A stretch of DNA of 64,000 nucleotides from Octopus sinensis (taxonomy: Eukaryota). Below the pieces are notes generated by a model. It saw only the letters and a program-made list of their open reading frames with translations. It was not told where the DNA came from and searched no databases. This document shows positions 27,217 through 39,029 of the stretch, piece after piece. The DNA is taken from contig NC_043003.1 of assembly GCF_006345805.1 (NCBI RefSeq), positions 24,242,001-24,306,000 of the forward strand, written 5' to 3'. A program made the translations under genes and the position numbers. Position 1 is the stretch's first letter; each line of letters opens with the position of its first letter.

Positions 27217-27750
27217 CAGGGTTTCTTAACCTTCTTTTACCTATGGACCCCTTTGTTTCATATTTTACTAGGGTGGATCCCCATAGACATTCAGTGTTTA
27301 AAAATTCCTATTGTATTTTTATTATTAAACCTTATTGTGGAGACGCATGGCTTAGTGGTTAGGGTGTTGGACTCATGATTATAAGATTGCGGTTTCAATT
27401 CCTGGACCGGGCGACGCGTTGTCTTCTTGAGCAAAACGCTTCATTTCACATTGCTCCAGTCCACTAAGCTGGCAAAAATGGGTAATCTTGTGACGGACCG
27501 GCATCCTGTCCAGGTGGAGAATTTTTACATCATGGAAACCGGGAAGCCAGCTCTTATGACTCGCGAAGGTAGCGTCTTTTTTTATCTAATTAAATATTAT
27601 TAGGACTTATATAAATATTGTTAAAATATTTTGTGTATTGTGAATGTATAACGAATTTATTTCACATTAACTTTACTGGTCTAAATTACAGTTTTGTTAT
27701 GGTCCCTGAAAAATTACTGCCAACCCCACAAAATCTTACTTGGACCCCGG
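27217..27750 (+). mobile_element. Possible hAT/Charlie-type MITE remnant interrupted by a SINE
   Basis: Starts cagggtttcttaacc (hAT-like terminus) with repeated tggaccc motifs; no matching right end seen. Confidence 0.4.
27337..27575 (+). mobile_element. tRNA SINE: CORE-like head with GAAACCGGG tail
   Basis: gtggagacgcatggcttagtggttag, ttgagcaaaacgc, gacggaccggcatcctgtccagg, ggaaaccgggaa. Confidence 0.8.
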
Positions 27751-28978
27751 CATATATAGTCTCTATCCAAGATTGTTTGCGACAACATACGAAGCTCTAC
27801 GCACCTTCACAGATGATGTAAGGATACAACACCTTCCCGCTTTTCAACACTTCTTTAACAGCTACCCTTAAGCGAAGGCTACGGAGTTGCTGCTAAGAAA
27901 GTATCACCAATATTCAAGGTATTGCGGAAGTTCTTACTACAGTCAAGGTATTTTGGGGGTGCTCACTACAGTTTACCACTCTGTGAAATATCATCGAAGA
28001 AAGGAAAAAGAGCTTTCGATAAAAAAAGTTATACCAATATATCCATAATTTTTTTAAATCTTTGGTTCGTATGAAACTGCTTGACTGTGTTGACAATTAG
28101 TTCAAACTTGGAGAATTTCTAAAATAAAAGAGCTCAGAAACAGCATTTAAAATAACGTTATTAAAACAAATAATTTTAGGTCGAAAGTTCCACTGTAACG
28201 GTGTCGTGTCCAGCATTGATTTTATGCGTGATTCTACGAGGAATCTTTTTCAGGCCGAAGGTTCCAATGCAATGGTGTTTTAACCCACCTCGATTTCACG
28301 TGTGATTTTAGCACTTTTAGATTAGGTTTTCAGTTATATTTTCTGATCAATATGACGTTGGTGAAAGTGTATTCAGTAATCATATGTACTGTCATTGAAT
28401 ATATGGTGATATACATCTTCCTAAACATATAATTTATTGGTGCATAACACGAAGTTAACTTATATTAGGTAAGAAACCCCATGTCTTCACTCTGCAAAAA
28501 ATCAATGAATGAATAAGCATTTTACAATGAAAATGTGACAAGATTTGCAAGAATACTTGTTATTTTTTTGAAATATGAATGGCAATTGTGCGAAATCCTA
28601 TTAACATAGACAGCAATATACATAAAGAAAACAGCGATTATTCATGAATTCCTACGCATGAACTCTCAGATATATTTTAGTATATTTTGTGAATCTCGTT
28701 TCCCCAAGAGATTATTTATAACATAACAGTGCTAAGAAAATATGAGCATTTTATGGTTACCTCAATGAGATTCTGTTGGCGATAGACGTAATGATCAGTT
28801 AACTCACTGAGACGAATTATTCGATACTGTATCGATAATAATGCATGGTACTAACAAAAATGTGATTGGTATGTTTCAATAATTCGTTACTTTTGTATTG
28901 TAGACTGTTACATAAAAATTACATATTTATTATATCATTCTTCCTATGTATTTGTCTATCTGTCTATCTGTCTATCTG

Positions 28979-29045
<67 letters not shown>

Positions 29046-29206
29046 GTATATATATTTGTCTGTTTGTCTATGTATTTCTCTTTCTTTTTCTTTCTCTCTC
29101 ACTCTCTTTCTTTATCTCCCTCTTTCTCTCTCTCTTGTCTTTCTCTCTCTCTTGTCTTTCTCTCTCTTGCTCTCTTCTCATATATATAAATATATAGATA
29201 GATATG

Positions 29207-29311
<105 letters not shown>

Positions 29312-29731
29312 CGATAGATAGATAGATAGATAGATACAGAAGGAGAGAAAGATCGCTGTAATGACGTAGATGTGTGTATTTATATGTGCACTTGTGTATA
29401 TGGGTACATTATAGGTGAGTATATATTTACACGCTTGTATATTTGTTGAACAGTTTATGCGTATTGGTATATATATATATATATTTACAATTATATGTGT
29501 GTGTGTTCGTGTGTCTGTGTATATTGTCCATACATGCATCTGTGTACGTTTGTATATGTATGTATGTATATATATATATGTATATATGTGTATATATATG
29601 TATATATGTTACTATATATAATGTATATATGTATATATGTATATATGTGTATATATATGTTATATATGTATATATATATATATATGTATATATGTGTATA
29701 TATATGTATATTATGTATATATATAATATAT

Positions 29732-29777
<46 letters not shown>

Positions 29778-29841
29778 ATATATTATATGCATGCATATAT
29801 ATGTATATGTATGTATGGATATATATGTATCTTATAATATT

Positions 29842-29881
<40 letters not shown>

Positions 29882-29885
<4 letters not shown>

Positions 29886-30960
29886 GTTATTGTTTTTACG
29901 TTTTTGTATTCTTATTGGTGTCACGTATTCTGATTTTGTATGTACTTCGTCGTTTTCCGTCCTCGCGTGTATACATTCGAAGCTTTCTTCCAGGGGATCT
30001 AATGCGCTTGGCTTAGATTTCCCTGGCGGGTGGCCATATCGGAGCAATCTCAAGATTAATCAGCCGAAATTGCTAAGATGATCTGGTCTTGACTGATGAC
30101 TGAGGGCTTCGAATGTCCCGTCCTGTGGTTCTTGTGTCGTCTCTGTGGTGTTCATGTTCTTGTCATGTCTGTAATTATTTTTACTGTTTACCTATATAAT
30201 CGGCGGCTACGTATCCACAATTGTCCTTATACGATAAGTATATTTTTTCTCTAGCATTGATACGACTCTTATCTGTCTTTTTTCTCTCTCTCTCTCCTCC
30301 TTATTCCCTTCCTTTCTTTCCCTCTCCATCCGTCTCCCCCACCTTCTACGTTTCTCTATCTCTCTCACCTCCAGCCCCTTCGTCTGTCTCTTTCTTCTCC
30401 TCCCCGTCCACCTTCTCTCTCTTTTCATCTGTCCCTTTCTCCTGTCTTTTGTTCTCACGTGATCGCTAGCCGCTGTTGAGCGCTCTTTTCGTTTTCAGCA
30501 GCGCAGAAGCAACACGTATTTGTTCGTCTCCCGTGGCCATTAGGCACAACTTCACAAGCCAGCCCCATACTCAACTCGTCTGTCGAAAGACCCTTGTCCT
30601 ACGTCCTGGTTTTGTTTGTTGTTTATTTTATTTTTATTTTTACCGTTATTGTTTTACGTTTTTGTATTCTTATTGGTGTCACGTATTCTGTATTTTTGTT
30701 TATGTACTTCGTTCGTTTTCCGTCCTCGCGTTGTATACATTCGAAGCTTTCTTCCAGGGGATCTAATGCGCTTGGCTTAGATTTCCCTGGCGGGCTGGCC
30801 ATATCGGAGCAATCTCAAGATTAATCAGCCGAAATTGCTAAGATGATCTGGTTCTTGACTGATGACTGAGGGCTTCGAATGTCCCGTCCTGTGGTTCTTG
30901 TGTCGTCTCTGTGGTGTTTCATGTTCTTGTCCATGTCTGTAATTATTTTTACTGTTTACC
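29882..30960 (+). mobile_element. Element with ~320-bp direct repeats (29882-30192, 30641-30960) around a pyrimidine-rich core, embedded in (TA)n
   Basis: Two near-identical copies visible; no TG..CA ends, no ORF with recognisable domains. Confidence 0.7.
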
Positions 30961-31019
<59 letters not shown>

Positions 31020-31086
31020 TAATATATATACATACATACATATATATATAATCAAAATAAGCAACAAGATATATATCGAAGGTAGA

Positions 31087-31172
31087 GTAGTACAATTGTT
31101 TCATGCTACTTCATTTTATTAAATACAGTAAATATTACATCAGTTTTAAAATGTCGAACAATCTTCAGCCAC
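31087..31172 (-). ncRNA. Type I hammerhead ribozyme with extended stem II
   Basis: GUGG-CUGAAGA-[59 nt]-GAAAC-AAUU-GUA-CUAC: intact core, stem I GUGG/CUAC, minimal palindromic stem III. Confidence 0.65.
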
Positions 31173-31690
31173 TTAAAGAATTTTCCAGTCAAACGGACAA
31201 TGCACATTCTTATCCCTATTTCATTTGCCAACATTATAAAGAGGGTACATATATAGACAGAGAGGTTGATTTCATTCTTAAGAACATGATAGTAGTATAT
31301 ACACTCGCTGACTGTAGATTTTATCATTGAGTTCACTTTGTTATTTAGATCTGTCAGTGGGGAGGTGGGGAGGGGTTTTTATTTTTGGTTGGATGGAGAC
31401 AAAGAATTTTTTTCTATTTATAGATATAGGAAGGGGTAGTACAAATGTCAAAACCATCAACCCATTCCCATTTTGAGGAATTCAGTTTAGATATGTATTA
31501 TAGCAAAAAGCTAGCAGGTTGAAGTTAGAGGGGTAGGGGGAACATACACTACTAGTGCTCTAGAGGTTTACAATGTCCCTTACCATCCAGACTCTATATT
31601 AAGAAATTTAAGTAAATATCCTTTAGATAATTTTCTAAAGGATTTCAATAAATATTAGTATGTTATATAGGGATAGAAAATATAGAAATC

Positions 31691-32182
31691 ATTTCATATT
31701 TATATAAATATATATATATATATATATATCCATTTCTATTAATATATAATCATAATTTGTTTTATCAAATAGTCGAATTAAAAGAATATGTTAGACATAA
31801 TATTTACTAACTGTGGAAAAAAACTTTATAAATTTAACACATATATCAGGATATATTAAAAAGTAATGGAAGGGAGGTAATCAAGGTGAACCAAATAATT
31901 TCTCTAGATACATAGAATTTTTTGCAATTATTTCATATTGATATAAATATATATATATATCCATTTCTATTAATATACAATCATAATTAGCTAGTAAATG
32001 GTGATTTCTTTTATTAATGAGACGAATTAAAAGAATATGTTAGACATAATATTTACTAACTGTGGGGAAAAACTTTATCAATTTAGTAAATATATCAGGG
32101 GTCAATAAGATATATTAAAAAGTAATGGAAGGGAGGTAATCAAGAGAAACCAAGTAATTTCTCTAGATATATGGAATTTTTT
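31691..32182 (+). repeat. Tandem duplication, ~240-250-bp unit
   Basis: atttcatatt...ccatttctattaatat...gaattaaaagaatatgttagacataatatttactaactgtgg...aagtaatggaagggaggtaatcaag occurs twice. Confidence 0.9.
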
Positions 32183-32341
32183 TCCATCCTATATAGGAGA
32201 GTATAAAAAAAATTCTAATATCATTATATTCAGATTTATATATATAAAGAAATTTCTTAGTAATCTATGCAGGTAAAATAAAACCTAGTATGGTATATTA
32301 ATTTTTTATTTGGTTACAAAATATTAGGATTTGAAAATTTA

Positions 32342-32383
<42 letters not shown>

Positions 32384-32505
32384 TATACAAATAAGGATAC
32401 GATCGTTATTTAAATACCGATCTTATCAGGTGGCCAGCTGGAAATAAAAACTTTCAAAGATGATAATAATTACACATGCATACATACATACATACGCACA
32501 CACAC

Positions 32506-32571
<66 letters not shown>

Positions 32572-33852
32572 TTATAAGAAGTAATGATATCAGTGAGACC
32601 GAAAGGTGTCAGGTAACGTTGACTAAGTTCTATGGATAGACCTTAGTTAAGCTCCAGGTTCAGTGATTATGCGAATAAGAAGTCCAACGTAGGTCATATA
32701 TATATATATATACGTGAATGCCCTTTACACCGATATATGATATATTACATAGAAATGAAGTAATTTCCATTAATTGCCAAAGATCAAATCAACAACAAAG
32801 ACCGGTTAGTAAGTTAGTTTTCGTTGTTTAATCTTCCAAATCTTTTCCACTACAGTTGGATGCCTTCTTTTTCTTCACATAATCAATCTGTATGTAAACC
32901 TGAAGAGCATTCTCTTTATTCTTTCGATTCCTAATCTACTAACATATTATGAAAAAACGAAAAAGACATATTCTATGAATTTGCTCCATATTATAATTAT
33001 TTCCATCTTTAAAAAAAATGTTTCACTTCATAAAATAACTCACAAGTTATGTCATGCTGATAATTTCTAAAAAGAATGAAATAGTACGATGTAACCAACA
33101 GTATTAAGCAACCAAAAAAAATTGAATTCAATGCATGATTTTTGCTTATAATTCCTTAATTTTGGTTTATATATTCTCATCCTTCTTCATACTATGACGA
33201 AATTATTATCTCCTTTGTAATGCCTGGAACCGATAGTGAAACCAGGTGTCTTTAAAATATAGATGCATAAATTGTTGCAAGATCAGGCGAGCTGCTTTAA
33301 TGTCTTTTCCTAGGATAAATTCAACAAATAAAGTTAATCAGAATGACACATCGGATCTCAGAAACTTCTAAGACCATATTTGCTGTTATTTTGAAGTACC
33401 TTACTTATCAGATATTACATTGTACACGTTATTGAAACACTCAAGTGATTACCAGAAAGTGCATTAATATGTTATTAGATCTTCAGTGGTTCTGCGGTTC
33501 AACTTAGCAATCTAGTGGTCTGATCATTCTAACAAAGCCAAAATAATGCCCTGGGCATTAGGCTTCCTCTTGAAAACCAAAGTGTACTTCAGCTTCACAA
33601 AATATTTGAATCTCTAGAAAATTCAAGTGGGGCTCTCAACGGAATGTTACTCACCCATCTCGGACAGCTGCCCTGCTATGCAAATAAACGTCTTGGAGTC
33701 CATTCGAATGAAATTCAATGAGCTGAATAACAAAGACTCGCCTATTTACTCCAAGTTTTGCCAACAGATACCCAGGTCAAACAATACGCCCTCCCCTTCT
33801 GCGCTAGCCTACGAGGCAACCGCGACGAAATGATCTGCTGGAAATGACTACC

Positions 33853-34520
33853 AAATTTCCTTCAAACTATTGTCTATCCCAATAATAGCCACTGAGAAGA
33901 CTAACAGGATCTAACTTAACAACACTCTCTCATCGCAAGCCCAATCTAATTTTTCTACAAGCACATCATTAGCTTCTACCTTACAACTAACATACAAAGC
34001 AACACAACCAACCATCGAGGCAACCCTTAAATAATTTCCTTCAAACAACAGTATATTCCAATAATAGCCACTGAGAAGATTTGTAAGGTCTAAGTTAACA
34101 ACACACTCCAAGCCCAGTGTACTTTTTCTACAAGTACTTCACTAGCCTCTCCGCCTCAGAACTAACATACGAGGCAACACAACTAACCAAAAAGGCAACC
34201 GTTAAATAATTTCCTTCAGACTATAGTCTATCTCTATAATAACCACTGAGAAGATCAGCAAGATCTGACTTAACAGCACACTTCAGACTCAAGTCCAATC
34301 TACATTTTCTACAAGCACTTCATTAGCCTCCACCTCAGAACTAACATACGAGGCAACCATTAAGTAATTTCCTTCAAACTATAATCTATCCCGATAATAA
34401 CCACAGAAGATTAGCAAGGTCTGCGTTAACAACACACTGCAAGCCCAATATATTTTTTCTACAAGTACTTCCTTAGCCTCTCTGCCCCAGAGCTAACCTA
34501 AGAGGTAAGCCTTAAGTAAT
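33853..34520 (+). repeat. Four-unit minisatellite, ~160-176-bp monomer
   Basis: aatttccttca.ac...aata.ccactgagaagat...ttttctacaag...ctaacatac starting ~33853, 34029, 34204, 34362. Confidence 0.9.
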
Positions 34521-35016
34521 CGTTAGTGATGCTAGAAATAACAGCCAAATCTCCTTCAAATCATACCCCCACCGTCTTACAAAAGGACTTGTTAGATAAT
34601 TTATTCCTTGTATTCCTATACATAAGAAACAAGACAACATGGTCCAAGATGGATTTCTTTTAATCGTGAGTCTGTCACATCAAACGGGTTACTTTTGATC
34701 TTAAATCAGCTACATCAGAACCTAGGTCTAATGAACACCATCATCATTCACAACAAAAATAACGACGGTGACTACGACGGCGACATCAGTTGTAAATCAA
34801 AATGTCGTCTGCTTCACTGAACTAAATATCAACAAACATCTTCTATCAAGTTCCACCGGACATAATCTGGCCTTTCTTTACAACTCGTTTCTCAGCTACC
34901 GAACTTACCGCACTCCCTTCTTTCAACAAAATGCATTCTTAGCTGTAGATGTGATAACAGTATCCAAGTAATCTGTAACCTGAAATATTGATAAACGATG
35001 GCATTTTCTTTCTCTT

Positions 35017-35245
35017 TCTACCTTTTATCTGTTATTTATGTCAGGCATAAAACAGCGGCCATGCTGAGGCATAGATTTCAAGGCTTTACCTGAAAGAAAC
35101 TGCACCATTACTTACTTTTGACGTCTGGTACATATTCTATCGGTGCCTTTTGTCCTGTCACTAAGTCACCAGGAAATAAACAAACTAATACCTGTTAGCG
35201 AGCAGTAGTGGTCAATCAGACAAACACATACATACACACACACAT
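35017..35245 (-). mobile_element. Old CORE-type SINE 3' half (5' half at 37229-37399)
   Basis: gcggccatgctgaggca, tattctatcggtgccttttg, leading into CA/TA tract. Confidence 0.6.
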
Positions 35246-35267
35246 ATTTATGTATATTTATACACAC

Positions 35268-35298
<31 letters not shown>

Positions 35299-35333
35299 AT
35301 ATATAATATATATTATATATATGGTTTTTTTCT

Positions 35334-35419
35334 TTTATATTTGTTTTAGTCATTTGACTGTGGCCATGCTGGAGCACCGCCTTTAGTCGAGCAAATCGAC
35401 CCCAGGACTTACTCTTTGT
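35334..35419 (-). mobile_element. Younger CORE-type SINE tail fragment
   Basis: agtcatttgactgtggccatgctggagcaccgcctttagtcgagcaaatcgaccccaggactt. Confidence 0.85.
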
Positions 35420-35763
35420 ATAAATTTAGATAAAAACCTCTGTTAAACAATTCAATATTGAAAGATATTACTCACACCATATAGAAAAAGTTTAATATTC
35501 TATAGAAAACATTATTCTAAAAATCAATAGAGTACATAAACAATAAATAATAAATACACTAGGTAGAGAGAGGAATCCTGACGGTTGGGCTACCCAGGAT
35601 TTTCTTACATCTATCCCAGGCCTGCGCAAAACTGGGGAGGAAACTGGAAGGACATGAAATGTAAAAACCAGACTGGATTAGTTTATGCGCAACTCCATTG
35701 TCTCCCGAGACAAAAGGATGCCAACAACAATTATATATATATATATATATATGTATATGTATA

Positions 35764-37191
35764 GGTCATGGAACGAATAGTCAGAAGGAAACTAATCACC
35801 TTCCTTGAAGAAAATGACTTGCTGCCTGACACCCAACATGGTTTCCGACCAGGAAGAAGCTGCTTAACTCAGCTCCTACAACACTATGACTGTGTGCTGA
35901 AACAACTACTCAACCACTCAAATGTGGAAGTCATATATCTCGACTTTGCAAAGGCCTTTGATAAAGTCGATCATGGAATGGTATGTCACAAACTGCGTGA
36001 TCTTGGCATAGTTGGAAAATTGGGAGAATGGCTTCATGACTTTCTGAAGAATAGAAGTCAGGTGGTAACAGCCAATGGGGCCACTTCCATTAACACGCAA
36101 ATAGTGAGCGGTGTTCCGCAGGGCACTGTTTTGGGACCACTACTGTTCATAATGGCCCTCTCAGACATGCCCTCAGCCACGCAGAGAGCCACGATCACAA
36201 GTTATGCAGATGATACAAAAGTCTCACAGGCAATACAGAACCCTGAAGACACTAAGCACCTGCAATGTGAGCTGGACGAAATATACAAGTGGGCTGAAAA
36301 GAATAGCATGCAGTTCAATGCTGAAAAGTTTCAAGCTTTATACTATCAGCATGCAAAACTGAATGCAATACCCAATGAATACACTGGACCCGGAGGGATT
36401 GCAATCCCAGAGGCACAATCAGTGCGTGACTTGGGTATTCACATGAGTGATGACGCGACCTTTCATGTACATGTTGCTAAACTGGCAATGAAAGTTAGAC
36501 GGCTGGCTGGATGGATTCTTAGAACCTTTAGAACAAGAGAACAAGAAACCATGATGGTCCTCTGGAAGACTTGTCCTAAGCCACTTTGACTATTGCTCTC
36601 AGCTATGGTCACATCCAGTGTCAAGATGATCACAGAACTTGAGGCGATCCAAAGAAGCTACACGAAGAAGATAGCCTCTGTGCAGCATATGAGCTACTGG
36701 GAAAGACTCAAGAGATTAAAGCTCTATTCCCTGGAGCGTAGGCGAGAAAGATATGCCATAATATATATCTGGAAGATCCTGGAAGGACTTGTCCCAACTT
36801 TGGCATCGAGAGTCACACAAATGCCAGAACCGGCGCCACTGCGTAGTACCAAGGACTCCAATTTGCCATCAAGATGTAGGACAGATATTGTGATAGCCTG
36901 GGCTTCAGAGGCCCACAGCTCTTCAATATCCTCCCAAAGAACCTGATGGACCTGCATGGTGTAGATGCGGATGTCTTTAAAGTAGGACTGGACCTCTTCC
37001 TGTCAGGTGTCCCGGATGAACCAACTTCACGGCAGGAGGTGCAGATGAGGGCAGCTGCATCGAACTCTCTCATGCATCAGATGGCGTTTGCTAAAAAGCA
37101 TCCGTGAGGTAAATCGTGTAGCAAACCAAATGGCGGTGCCCCAGCATGGCCACAGCTCATTAGCTGAAACTGGAAAAATCAAAATCAAATC
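35764..37191 (+). mobile_element. 5'-truncated CR1-group LINE with (AAATC)n tail
   Basis: RT motifs QHGFRPGRSC, YLDFAKAFDKV, SGVPQGTVLGPLLF, YADD; downstream LKLYSLERRRERY; ends aaaatcaaaatcaaatc; flanked by (TA)n. Confidence 0.93.
35768..36589 (+). CDS. Non-LTR reverse transcriptase domain (partial; continues frameshifted to ~37100)
   Basis: 273-aa ORF with ordered RT motifs; lacks N-terminal endonuclease. Confidence 0.85.
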   Translation: MERIVRRKLITFLEENDLLPDTQHGFRPGRSCLTQLLQHYDCVLKQLLNHSNVEVIYLDFAKAFDKVDHGMVCHKLRDLGIVGKLGEWLHDFLKNRSQVVTANGATSINTQIVSGVPQGTVLGPLLFIMALSDMPSATQRATITSYADDTKVSQAIQNPEDTKHLQCELDEIYKWAEKNSMQFNAEKFQALYYQHAKLNAIPNEYTGPGGIAIPEAQSVRDLGIHMSDDATFHVHVAKLAMKVRRLAGWILRTFRTREQETMMVLWKTCPKPL

Positions 37192-37199
37192 ATATATAT

Positions 37200-37228
<29 letters not shown>

Positions 37229-37230
<2 letters not shown>

Positions 37231-37399
37231 GGGGGTTTCCTCACAAATTCCGTACACCAAATTTAATTTATTCACAAGGTATAGACCGGCCTATGGCTCT
37301 ACTTGAAGATACACTTCGAAGGTGTCATGCTGTGTGATTGAACCCGAGACTACCTGGCTACAAAATGTGCTTCTTATCCATGCAGTCAAGCCTGCACCT
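37229..37399 (-). mobile_element. Old CORE-type SINE 5' half
   Basis: ttccgtacaccaaatt..ttcacaagg...gaaggtgtcatgctgtgtgattgaaccc...gcctgcacc. Confidence 0.6.
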
Positions 37400-37789
37400 A
37401 TGTCATTGATTTATTTACTGTCTTTTTCTCCTTTTCGAAAAATATTTCACAAAAACGATAGAATTATGCTTCACGCTATTTCTAAATTTGTATTGCACTA
37501 GGGAGCAAACGTTTAAAAGGTCCTTGGTGCATTTTGTTGTAGAAAATCTTTAAAATTTTAATAAATAAAAAAATCCTAATATTTGCTTTATTTTATTGCT
37601 CGCACCTGTGTATAAGAAAATTATATTTAAAAATAACACATCTTACAAGGTGTTCAGCTATTAGAATAGAAATTTTAGAACCTCGAAATAATTATATTTT
37701 TTAAATCTACGATTTGGAAACCACTCCATTAGATCATTTTCACTTCAAAAGATCTTTTTTTAGTTGTTTACCTTCATAGTATCTGCAAC

Positions 37790-37857
37790 AGAGGTGCAGG
37801 CATTGTTGCTTAGAAAAAGCTCGCGTAGCAACCTTGAGGGTTCAGTACCATTATGTG

Positions 37858-37888
<31 letters not shown>

Positions 37889-38460
37889 TGTGTGTGTGTG
37901 TGTGTGTCTGTGTGTGCGTGTATGTATATATGCATTCATTCATGCATGTATGTAAGCATGTGTGTTTGTAGGTATGTATGTATGCATGTATGTATGTACG
38001 TATGTATGCAAGCACGCATGTATATATATATGTGTATATATGTATTATGTATGCATGTATGTATGTATGTATGTATGTATGTACGTAAGTATGTATGCAT
38101 GTATGAATGTATACATGCATGTATGTATGTGTGTATGTATGTTTTATGTATATAGATGTCAGTGTGTATGTCATTGTGTATGCATGTATGTATGTATGTA
38201 TGTATATGTGTGTGTGTGTGTATGTATATTTGTATGTATGTATATGCGTCTGTGTATTTCTATTTGTCTCGCTGCACCGATTAACAACCACCGTTGCTTT
38301 GTTTACGTCCGAGTAACGTAGCGATTTCACAAAAGGATACTATAGAATAAGGGTTCCAGATTTAAAAGTGTAAGCTAATGGTGCCGATTATTGCGACTAA
38401 AGCCTTCAAGGCGATGTATCATCATGGATGCAGTCCAAGGAGTGAAACAAGTAAAAGACA
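37790..38460 (+). mobile_element. Old CORE-type SINE with expanded internal (TG)/(TATG) tract
   Basis: Head ggtgcaggc...gggttcagtacca; tail tttacgtcc, tagaataag, gcagtccaaggagtgaaacaagtaaaaga. Confidence 0.65.
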
Positions 38461-38539
38461 AACAAATGTTAATTTGGTTGGCGGAAACTGGTTCAAACCA
38501 CGTACAGTTATGTAACGCCACAAATGTTTTTCTCAGAAT

Positions 38540-38690
38540 ATTTTTCCCCCTTTCTCTCCAGAACTCTTCCTCTTTCCTCTTTCTGACGAAGGCTCATGCT
38601 TGATACATCACGCCCTCTCTTTTTTCCATCTTAAAATTTCTCTGAACGTCAATCTAATACATTCACCTGTTTTTGTTTTTGTCTTATTAG
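38540..38690 (+). mobile_element. Diverged PLE pLTR fragment with degenerate hammerhead core
   Basis: CTGACGA-aggctcatgctt-GATAC at 38583-38606; ctgaacgtcaatctaataca resembles PLE end ccgagcgttaaactaataca. Confidence 0.45.
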
Positions 38691-38893
38691 TGTGTATATG
38701 TGTGTACGTGTATATTTGTTATTATTCAGTTTTAACTAGTTTCTAACCTAGACCCAAGGCTCTTTCATTGGAACTTCAACAACATGAAGAGGGTATTTTT
38801 GTATGTATGTCTGTCTTTCTTTCTTTCTGTCTGTCTGTCTGTCTGTCTGTCTGTATGTATGTATGTATGCATGTATGTATGTATGTGCAGATT

Positions 38894-38957
<64 letters not shown>

Positions 38958-38976
38958 TATATATTATATATATATA

Positions 38977-39008
<32 letters not shown>

Positions 39009-39029
39009 GCATGTAGTGCATATCTGTAC

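Larger units (their letters stand above)
31050..32460 (-). mobile_element. AT-rich repeat carrying a hammerhead core (PLE pLTR-like); first ~245 bp homologous to 51750-51992
   Basis: Reverse-complement match to 51750-51992; bounded by (TA)n; right boundary uncertain. Confidence 0.55.

Noticed and set aside
30062-30120. CTGATGA with nearby GAAAT/CGAAT as a hammerhead in the direct repeat (also at 30859)
   Set aside because: Could not build canonical stems I and II in any permutation
33853-34520. Regular repeat array considered as CRISPR or a tandem hammerhead retrozyme
   Set aside because: Whole monomers repeat with no unique spacers, context is eukaryotic, and CTGAGAAGA is not CUGANGA and has no GAAAC partner
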